The notes under the pieces were generated by a model, which had not been told where the DNA came from, did no database searches, and saw nothing but the letters and a program-made list of their open reading frames with translations. The position numbers and the translations under genes are program-made. From Cyanophora paradoxa CCMP329 (taxonomy: Eukaryota > Plantae > Glaucophyta): a stretch of 64,000 nucleotides of DNA. The DNA lies in assembly GCA_004431415.1 (NCBI GenBank), contig QPMI01000560.1, positions 310,001 to 374,000 on the forward strand, written 5' to 3'. Of this stretch, positions 54,501-64,000 are shown piece by piece (position 1 is the first letter of the stretch; every line of letters begins with the position of its first letter).

Positions 54501-57500
54501 GGGAGTCACGCCGGCGGGGCGGCCGCGGCGCAGGCAAGTCCCGCTTCGTGGCGGAGGTGGCCCGCAGCGCCGAGGCCGCCGGCTTCCGCGTGCGCCCCGC
54601 CGCCCCGCCCCGCCGGCCGGCCCCCCGCCCCCCGCGCGAGCGAGCGAGGGGGGCCCGCAGGTCGCGCTGGGCGCCGCGAGCGTCGTGGAGCGCTCCGCGC
54701 CGTACCTGCAGGTGCCGCCCCGCCGCCGCCGCGCGCCACGCCGCCGGCCCGGCGAGCCCGCGCGCGCGCGCAGTGGTGCTCGGCCCTGCACGCGCTCTTC
54801 GCGCCCGGCGGGGGCGAGGCCGCCACGAACCCCGAGACCCCAAAGGCGCGCGGCGCCCGCCCGTCACCCCCTTCCTCGGACGCGAACCGTCCCCCGCGGC
54901 AGCAGGCCGCAGAGGGGTCCGGGCCATCGCCGGCAACTCGCAACCCTTCATTCCGGGGGGGGTCTTTCCGCGCGAAATCCTTCCTTCGCTCCTTCCGCGC
55001 CGCGGCCGACGGCGCCGGCGCGCCGGGCTCTCCGCGCCGCGAGCCGGGATCAAGCCGCCGGCGCCTCGAGCCCCTGGCGAGCCAGCACGACCCACCCCCT
55101 GACCTCCGGCCCCTGACCTTCGTCCCCGCGCTCACCCTTCCCGTGCCTTAGCTGGCGCCGGGTGCGCCGGCGCAGGTGGCGCCGGAGGCTCAGGTCCGGC
55201 TCCAGTCCCTGGACCGGCGGCCCTCCTCCTCCTTCGCCGACGAGGAGCGTGCGCGCCGGCGCCCCCGCCCCGCGCGCCTCGCCGGGGGCCCCCGGGGCCT
55301 CAGCGGGCGGCAGGGGCCGAGCGGGAGGCGCTGGAGGCGCGGGTCCTCGGCCTCCTCCCCCCGCCCTGGTGCCCCCGCCCCGCCCTTCCTCCTCCGCGCG
55401 GCTGAGGGTCCGTCGCCGGCGGGGCGCGCAGCGGCCGCGGGCGAGCCTCCTGAACGACCTCCTCCCTGTCCAGCTGCCCCCGAGCCCGCTCGTCGAGCAG
55501 GCGCGCCGCCCCCGCTGCTCCCCTCCGCGCCCGCCGCCGGCCCGGCTGCTCTGAGGGGGCGGGGCGGGGCAGCTGGCGGCGGAGGCGCGGGCGCAGGCGA
55601 CGGCCGACGTGCTCGCCGGCCTCCTCGGCGCCCTCGTCGCCGCCACCCGGGCCCGCCCCGCCCGGCCCGGCCGCGCGCCCGCCTCCTGCGCCCGCCGCTG
55701 ACCGCCGCGCGCGCGCAGCCGACGCTGGTTGTGCTCGAGGACTGCCACTGGGCAGACCCATCGTCCGCGGCGCTCACGGCCGCCCTCGCCCGCGCCGGCG
55801 TGCCCCGCCTCTGCCTTCTCACCACCGCTCGCCCCGAGCCCGGAGGCGCCCCGGCCCGCGCGCCCCTCGCCCGCCCCCGCCCCGCCGGGCTCCGTGCGCA
55901 GCGCCGCTCGCTAGGCTTCCCGCCGGGCCGGCGCCGGGCCTGACGCGGGGCGCTGGCGCAGCGGCCGGCCCCCGGCGCCTCCACATCGAGCTGAAGCCCC
56001 TCACGCGCGAGTCGGCCGCCCAGCAGGCGCCCCGGCCCCGCTCCCTCCCGCGCCCCGCCCCGCCCCGCCCCGCCGCCGCGGCGAACGGAAGCGGGGGCGG
56101 CAGGTGGGGGACCGGCTCGGGGCCGGCGTGTCGGGGCGGCGGATGACGGTGGGCGAGAGCGCCCTCGTCGATTTCCTCTACGACCGGGCGCAGGGGCGGC
56201 CCCTCTTCACGGCCCGCCCGCCCCGCCGGCCCCGCGCGCGCGAGGCCCCGGGGCGAGGCGGGCCGGGGCGCAGGAGGAGCTCATGAACATGCTCACCGAG
56301 ACGGGGGCGCTTCGCGAGGAGGGCCCCGACTGGCGCTTCGACTCGGCGCGCACCAACGGCGCCGCCCCCTCGGCTTCTCTCCCGGACAGGTGCGGGCCGG
56401 CGGGCCTCTCTCGCGTGCGTGCCGGCGAGCCGGGGGCCGGGCAGCGTGCAGGGGGTGATCGTGGCCCGCATCGACCGCCTCGGGGCCTCCCCGGAGCTCA
56501 CCCTCAAGGCCCGCCCCGCCCGACCCCCGTCCGCCCGCTCGCCCCCTCTGAGATCCCCCGCAGGTCGCCTCCGTGCTCGGGCGCCGCTTCCAAGCCGGCG
56601 TGCGCGCCGGCCTTTGCTCTGCTCTGTCTGTTTCGTTTCATAGCGGACCGAGACAACGGGGGACGGGGCGGCGCGCAGGAGCTGTGGGCGGTGTACCCCA
56701 TCCCGATCACGGGCCGCGCCTTCCTCCGGGACCTGCGGGAGCTCGTCCGCACGTGCGCGGCGCGCGGGGCCTCCTCCCCCGCGCCCCCTGCCGACGCCGC
56801 CCCCCGGCAGCGACTTCCTGGTGGAGGCGGCGCCCCCCGGCCCCGACGACTCGCTCGAGACGGGCACCGAGGTCCCCCCACCCCCGCCGCCCCCGCCTCC
56901 TCCGCCTCCTCCGCCCACGCCGGGTGCGGGGCAGGGCGGGGCGGAGGAGGAGGCGCCGGCGGGGGCCTTTGCGTTCAAGCACCAGCTCGTCGTCGACGTC
57001 GCCTACCGCCTCCTCCTCCGCTCCCAGGCCGCCGCCGTCGTCCGCCCGCCCCCGCCTCCGCCCGGGCCGCGGGGCTGAGCGAAGGCAGCACCTGCGCGTC
57101 GGCGAGCTGCTCGAGGAGCAGCACGGCGGGGCGGTGCGCGCCTGCGGCCCCCGATGCGGCGCGACGCGGGCGCGATCGCGAGCGGGGGCGGCGCAGGACG
57201 GGGACGCCTCCTCTTCCCCTCCTCGCCCACCACTTCGACGCGGCCGGCGACGTCCCCCGCGCCGTCGGTCCGCCCGCCCGCCCGCCCGCCCGCCCCCGCC
57301 CCGCCCCGCGCGGCTCGGGGCGACGTCGGCGGGGCGCAGAGTACCTCTCGCGGGCGGCGGAGGCGGCGGCGCGGCTGCACGCGCACTCCGAGGTCCTCGC
57401 CCTCGCCTCGCGCGCCCTCGAGCGCGCCCCGCCGTCCGCCCCCGCCCCGCCCCGCCCCCGCCCCCCGCCGGGGGAAGCTGAGGCGGGGGCAGGGGGCTGG

Positions 57501-58556
57501 CGGGCGGGGCGCGGGGGCGGCTGGAGATGCTGCGGGGCGAGGCGTGCCACGGGGCGGGGCGTTCCGTCGAGGCCCTCCGCCACTTCGAGGCCCGCCCCGC
57601 CCCCACGCCCCGCCCCGCCCGCCCTCCCCGCCTCACCGGGCGGGGGCACGGCAGGCGGCGCTGGCGGCCCTGGGGCGGCCCCTGCCGGCCTCGAAGGGCG
57701 GCATGGTCCGCGCCATCCTCAGGCAGCTCCTCGCTCAGGTCCCCGCGCCCCTCGCCCCTCGCCCCGGGGCGCCCCCACGGCCGACCCGCCCCGCTCTCCG
57801 CCCCGCAGGTCGCGCACCGCGCGCTGCCGCCTCTCTTCGGCGGCCGCTGCGCCGGGGACCGCGACGCGCAGACCGCAGTCCGCTGCTACGGGGCGCTCAG
57901 CAGCGTGCGCGCCCCCGGCGGCCCGCGTAGTGCTCCGCAGCGCCGCCGCGCCTCTGAAGCGCCGGGGGCCTCAGATCGCGTTCCTGGGGCGGGACCGGCT
58001 CGCGTACACGCTCAGCATCACTTGCGCCCTCAACCTCGGCGCGCCCCTCGCTCGCCTCGGGCCGGCGTCGCCGCCCCGGCTGCGCGGCTGAGGCGCCGCG
58101 CGCGCGCAGCGGAGCTCCTGCACTCCCACGCGGAGCTCGCCCGCTGCTGCATCCACGTCGCCGTCCGCCCCGCGTGCCCCACCCCCCATCCCCTCCTCCA
58201 ACCCCTCTCCCCCCCCTCCCACCCCAGGTGGCGTGCGTGGCGCTGGGGCGACCGGGGCTCGCCGGCTCCTTCTACCGCCGCGCCCACGCCGCCATGGACG
58301 CCGTGCGCCTCCCCGCCCCCGGCCCCCGGCCCCCCGGCCCCCCGGCCCGCTCCCGCCCTAGGCCCACACCCAGCCTAGGCCCACCCCCAAACCCCACCCA
58401 CTCCCGCCCTACGTCCCACCCCTTCACCGCCGGCCCCGCCCCATCCGCGCCGACGCCGTGCTGAGGGGTGGCCGGGGCGGTGGTCAGGCGGGGTGGGAGC
58501 GGAACCCGCAGGGCGCCTGCGACCTCTGCTTCTTCTCCAGCGCCGTCAAGGTGCGC

Positions 58557-58587
<31 letters not shown>

Positions 58588-60321
58588 CCGCCTGGGGCGC
58601 TGATGGCGGCCGGGGGGCGGGCCTGGCGCGCAGTACAACTACGGGGAGTGGGAGGAGGCGAGGCGCCTCGGCGAGCGCGGCCTCGCCCTCGCGCGCCAGG
58701 TCGCCTCCGCCCGGTGCGAGCGAGCGAGTGCCGGCGATCGCGAGTGCCCCGCACGCCGCCCGGGGCTCAGGCGCAGTGCAGGCGGGTCTGCGAGTTCGAG
58801 AACGGGCTGGCGGTGATCGCCGTGCTCACGGGCCGCCTCGCCGACGGCGCCGCCCGCTACCTCGCCGTCTTCCAGGCCGGCGCGCCCGCCCCGCGCCCCC
58901 CTCCTCCACGCGGCGCACCGCGCCCTCGAGCCCCCCCGCCCCTCGCAGCCTCCGAGCGAAACGACCCGTACTTCCGGGGGTCCGCAGCACGCGCCGCCGA
59001 GCCGGCCGCTCCGGCGGGCGCTGACGGGGCGCCCGGCTCGCGCAGCTGGTCCGCCGGAATGCTCGCGGACATCTGCACGATGATGGGTGCGCGGCGCGCC
59101 GCGCGCGGCCGCCGCCCCACTGCGCGACCGACCGCCCCCCGCTGCAGGCGACGTCGACGGCTTCCTCCGCTACCTCCGCCCCTTCCAGGTCCCCCCGCCC
59201 TGCCCCGGGCACCCCGCCCCCGCCGCGCCCCCTCCCGACGCCTCCCCGCAGGAGGCGGCCGCCGGGGGCCATCTCGACATCTTCCCCGGGATGGTTGTGC
59301 GCCCGCCCCCGCCCGGCGCGCGGGGCCCGCGGGGGCCGAGGCGCGCGGGCCGTGGCGCAGGCGCACGCGCACGTCTCGACGGGCGAGGAGCGCCTGGCGC
59401 GCGGCGACGCGGCCGGCGCCGCCGCCGCCCTCACGGTGCGCGCCGCGCCCGTGGGGCCGCCCCTCCCGCCCTCGGGCGTGCGGAGGCCGACGGGGGCGCC
59501 GGGGCGCGGGGCGGCGCAGGAGGCGTTGAGGGTGCTGGGGCCCGTCAAGAAGCGGGTGACCTTCGGGTACCAGCAGGTGCGCCCCGCGCCGGGCCCGGCC
59601 GCGCCGGCCGACGCGACGTCCGCGGGGCGCCAGGCGCTGACGATGATCCACCTCGCGCTGCGGCTCTGGGTCCTCGCGCGCGCCGCCGGCGAAGCGGGCG
59701 GCGAGCGCGCGGCGCGCGCCCGCCTGCTCGACGCCGAGGGGCACCTCGCGCGCTACGCCGCCGCCATCCCCTCGGTGCGCCCTCGCGCGCCTCTGCCGCC
59801 GGCCCCGCGGGCGCTGCGCTCAGCGGGGGCCGGGGCGTGGGCAGGCCCCCGACGCTGGCGTACCTGCGGGCCGTGCGCGTCTACTACGAGGGCGTCCACG
59901 CGTCGGCCTTTGCGGGGCCCGCGTGGGGCGCCCCGCCCCCGGCCCCGGCCCCGGCCCCCGCCAAGGAGGCCCCGCGCCCCGCCGCCCACCGCCCCCTCCC
60001 CCGCCCCCGGCGAGCAGCGGGGCGGCGCGGGCAGCGGCGCGGCTCTTCGCGCGGGCAGCGGCGGGGGCGCGCCAGATGGGCCTCCGCTGCATCCAGGGCC
60101 TCTCCCTGAGCGCCCTGGGGGCTGTTGCGGGGGACGCGGCGGCGGCGGCCGAGGGCGCCGCCCTGCTCGCGGAGGCCGGCATGCTGCCCGGCTGGTGCCC
60201 CCTCTTCCCCCCCTCGGAGAACCCCATCGCGCCCCTCGGCGCCCGCGACGCATCCGGGGCCGGGTCCGGAGCCGATCGGCCCCATGTGCGCTCCGTCGAT
60301 GTCGTGCACGCCGGGCAGTAG
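51514..60321 (+). CDS. Soluble class III nucleotidyl cyclase (sAC/ADCY10-type: two cyclase domains + STAND P-loop ATPase + TPR-like region)
   Basis: LFVDAVG|FTALSE, GG|DVVKFLG|DALL, DDKG, GRVFCGLVG, EYACIGSVVNKAAR|LM, LKGY; AEAGM|GKS; VLEDCHWAD; GRPLF; VARIDRL; FKHQLVVDVAY; LAHHF. Confidence 0.9.
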
Positions 60322-60948
60322 CTGTAGGGCAGCGCAGCTCTATATATTTTATGCATCGTCTTGGCGTAGCTTCTTATATCTTTAAAAATTACTTGAAATA
60401 AATTGCTAGTGCTGTTAATGATATGAAAAATAATTGGGGAAGGGAAAATCACTTCCCCTGTCCCTGTCCCTCGGGCCCAACCCTACCCCAAATCCCATTT
60501 CCCCGACCTCCGCAAAACCCGGGCCGCGCGGTACGTCCTGAAAGCGCATCCCCAGGGGACCCCGAAACCGTGTCTCCCGGTCCCGTCCGACCAAAGGGTG
60601 ATCCAGGAACAGGCACCAACACCCGGGACAAAAATGGGTCCAGCGACGCACAGGGAGCAGATATACGGGCCAGACCAGTTCGTGGTCAATGCTTGCATCA
60701 TGCCCGACATTCTGTGCAGCGGGAGCGAGGCCGGGCGCGAGCGCGGTCGTGTAGGAGGACGCCCCGCGCGCTAGCCAATCGCATTACCCTGCAAAACCTC
60801 TTAAGGTACCCCCCGGCCGCTTTCTCCCCCGGGCGCCGCAGCTCGGCTCGGCTCAACAATGGTTACGCCTCTCGCCCGCGCGGCAACTTGCTGTGGCTCA
60901 GCGGCTAGCCGCGCCAGCCGCGCACGCTTCACCCGCGCCAACCGTGTA

Positions 60949-60992
60949 GTGCGCCAAATAAAATGGCGCGCCATCTTATTTTTATGGCGCAC
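60949..60992. repeat. Imperfect inverted repeat centred on ATGGCGCGCCAT
   Basis: GTGCGCCAAATAAAATGGCG/CGCCATCTTATTTTTATGGCGCAC. Confidence 0.8.
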
Positions 60993-61168
60993 GCTTTTGA
61001 GCCATCGCAGAAAAAAATGCGCCGGCCAGCGCAGCCGGAGCTTGCGTTGGGGGGGTTACTACGACTCGCAGCGTATGATGCAATAGTACTATACTACTAG
61101 GCTAGTAGGTAGTGCGCACAGCAGCAGCCGGCAGACAGCACTGCGGCAGCGGGCGGGGCGGTCCGCAC

Positions 61169-63839
61169 ATGGCGCCCAAGAAGGGCAAAGTGGCCAAGCA
61201 AGGGCCTTACTACGACCAAAGGTTCGATACTCTTGAGCTGTGATGCGAAGGCGCGCACCGGGCGCCGCGCTGATCATGATGCCCGACCGCGCGTGCACCT
61301 TGCCCGTGACGCAGCGACGGTGACCATCGAGGTCGAGGAGGCACGGGATGGCCTGCGGAGCTCATGAAGGATGCGGAGCGGCAGCTCCGCTTCACGCAAT
61401 CCGTCGGACCTGCGGGCCTGGACCTGTACTTCTACGATCCGGAGGCGGACACCCTCGATCTGAGGACTGCGTCTCGGAAGCTGCCGAAGCTCAGTCCCGG
61501 ATGTTTCTTCTACGTCGTGCGGCGGGACATGCAGCCAGCGCACGAGGACGGCGACAGCAACGCCGACCCCGAACTTGTGAAGCTCATGAAGCGCGGCAAG
61601 GCGCAGCAGCCGGTTCAGGCGGCGACTTCGTCGGACTCGGCGCAGCTGAGTTCGCTCGTGGAGGTGTTGCGCTTGCAGGTCCAGACATCCGTCGGAGCTG
61701 CGCTCGCCTCTGCAGGTGAACCTCGAGCAAAGAAGAGGGCGGCGACAGGCGCGAACTACCTGAAGGAGGACACGGATGGCAAGCGCGGCACTGGGGACTG
61801 CAACACGGCACGGGACGTCGTGCGGCTACTGTGGGACGAGCCGATCGAGGGATCGGGGGGGAAGTACACTCCGGAGACATGCCCGCGAGCCTGGCTGTTT
61901 CTGAAGGTGCCGTCCCTTCATTTCAGTTATCGAGCTAGAATTTAAGTTTATATCTCGAGCTCACGCTCTCTCGCGGATGCAGAAGTGCGGGGGCGGCACC
62001 CGCAAAACGCACGACACGCTGAGCAGACTGCGGCCGCTGCTCACCCATTCGACAAGAAGGACCTCAGCCACCTTCAATCCCTCACGAGATGCAAGAAAGA
62101 GATCTATTTTCATAACATTGAGAACATGTGCGTGCGTTGAAGATGGGGCAACGATGCCACGCCCCTGATGCGTACACTCCGAACAGACTGTGCATTCTAA
62201 GGATGAGGAAAGCGGAGCAGGAGGTGCCGGACGACCACTACAAGCTTGAGGGCATCTCGCGACCCGGCATTCTGGATGTCGCCGACTTCATCCTAGGGAC
62301 TCACAAGCTGACGGCGATGGAGGAGAACGTAGCCGGCTGGATGGATGGCAAGGACAAGGTGGACAGCGGAGAGTGAGCAAGAGTTCCATTATTTCGAGCA
62401 ACACATACGAAACTGACCGGTGGAAACAATTTACCACGCAGGTACAAGGCGACCGGGCGAAGAGGAAGGCCAATTGCAAGAAGAAGCAGGAAATCGAACA
62501 TCACGACTCGTGCGAAGGTACGCGACGCTGTTCCAACGCAATCCCAACGCATATTTCAACACCTCTCAACGCATACGTTGATTGACATACGATGAATAGT
62601 GTTGACGTAATCAACTTCCCTCCGTGTTGGCACAAGGCTCACGCGCACTTTTGCACTTGCAGAGCCGGCAAGGAAAGTGGCAGAGCAGAAGGGCAAGGCA
62701 CGCGTCCGCGCCCCCCCGACAGACGAAGGTGCGCAATGTGTACAACGCATGCACAACGCATCGAAAACGCAAGCGTTGGTATTGCGTTGGTTGATTGCGT
62801 TGCAAAGATACAGCGCAATTTTCGTTGATTCCGTGCCCGCAGAGTCCGACGAGGAGGATGACGTAGAGGACAAGCTCGAGGACGACAACGAGAGCGGGAA
62901 TGAGGACGAGGACGAGGGCGAGGACGAGGGCGAGGACGAGGACGAGGACGCAGAGGCGGCAAGCTCGAGGAAGCGCAACCGCAAGGCAGAGACGAAGGGT
63001 CAGGAGGCGAAGCAGGAAAAGCAGAAAGCAGGGAAGCGCAAGAAGCAGGAGAAGGAGATGGAGAAGGAGGCGAAGAAGCCCAAGGCCGCAGCAATGACAG
63101 AGAAGGTGCAGTCTTAAAAACGCAATCTGTGCCAGTCCCGGGCATAGTGCAGAGTTTTAATACCGCAGCACAGAAGGAGGCCGAGGCGAAATCGAAGGAG
63201 AAGGGCAAGGCGGCGGCAGCGAAGAAGGCCGCAGCAGAAAAGCAGGCCGCAAAAACGGCGGAGCAGGCAGCAGCACAGGAAAAGGTGCAGTGTTGCGCGG
63301 CACTCTCTGCGAGCGTTCCGGGCCTGGGAACAGTTTTAATAACGCAGCGCAGAAGGAGGCCGAGAAGAAAGCGAAGGAGAAGGAGAAGGCGGCGGCAGCA
63401 AAGAAGGCTGCAGCCGAGAAGGAGGCCGCGAAAACGAAGGCGCAGGCAGAGGCTGCCGCGGCAGCACAGGAGAGGGTGCAGTTTTTCGCGTCACTCTGTG
63501 CGAGCGCCTGGCATAGGAAAGAGTTCTAATCACGCAGCGCAGAAGGCGGCCGAGAAGAAGTTGAAGGAGAAGGACAAGGCGGTGGCAGCGGAGAAGCTGG
63601 CAGAGGCGCCTGCAGAGAAGAGCCGAAAGAAGAGGAAGGCTGCATATGAGCTGGCGGCGGAGCCAATAATCCCAAATCCCCGACAGCTGCCGCCCCTTCC
63701 CAAGCTTCTCAATCCTGGAAAGCAGAGCAGCTTTCGGCAGCTTCGCAGCAAGGCAGAGCGCGCAAAAGCCAAGTCAGGCGGAGAGAGTCCACTCGCCCCA
63801 AGATACTCCCTCCCGCCCGGGGCCGGTTGGCCTACGTAA
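61169..63839 (+). pseudogene. Spliced gene with apparent single-base frameshifts; GCR1_C-like segment, acidic tract and Lys/Ala/Glu repeats; possibly transposon-borne
   Basis: ATG 61169; GT-AG introns; ORF pieces 61364-61906, 62200-62373, 62843-63105 and 63543-63839; frame changes needed near 62048 and 62450. Confidence 0.5.
63061..63600 (+). repeat. Tandem exon+intron duplication (about 180-190 bp unit, 3 copies)
   Basis: Homologous introns 63106-63173, 63285-63352 and 63476-63542 separate homologous KEAEKKAKEKEKAAAAKKAAAEK-type exons. Confidence 0.9.
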
Positions 63840-64000
63840 ACCAGGAAACCGGGTGCGCACGGGCAGTCCTCGCAAATTATTATACAATCGGTACTGTAAT
63901 AAATCAGACTGTAATTATACATGTGCAGCTCGAACTCTACAGACGGCGGCTCGATCCTGGAGCTTTCATCCAAACCCTTTCTCAGGCGAGCATAGCATTG

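Noticed and set aside
60400-60460. Helitron 3' end or bacterial terminator
   Set aside because: Hairpin-to-CTAG spacing and the flanking base do not fit a Helitron end, and the nuclear context makes a rho-independent terminator irrelevant.

Overview
This is very GC-rich, gene-dense nuclear DNA from a photosynthetic eukaryote. A glaucophyte such as Cyanophora is the best inference, based on a nuclear cyanobacterial-type psaK and three plastid presequences with Phe at position 3-5. I can reconstruct about 24 protein-coding genes. All are broken by many short introns (roughly 50-100 nt), so most long ORFs in the supplied track are GC artefacts or intron read-through. Recognisable genes: MIT-domain protein, F-box/LRR, alpha/beta hydrolase, aldo-keto reductase, PsaK, TRAPP-like Ig-fold protein, type-A FtsH, DHRS1-like SDR, TRAPPC2L, CDKC, acyl-protein thioesterase, RPL6, CPSF2, ARF1, tandem-VOC protein, saccharopine-dehydrogenase-like protein, TMEM120, BUD23 and MED30-like. 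Four things stand out. (1) One gene fuses a Zn ribbon, a bacterial-type Ser/Thr kinase, a dynamin-like GTPase and a GATA-like Zn finger, and runs off the left edge. (2) A sAC-type cyclase-STAND protein has lost its ATP-specifying residues. (3) The splice code is unusual: GYVCGC donors, many GC-AG introns, and oriented (CCCCG)n runs. (4) The last 3.6 kb is a lower-GC, transposon-like block holding a frameshifted gene with tandemly duplicated exon-intron units. Gene models were assembled by eye; coordinates run start codon to stop and include introns.
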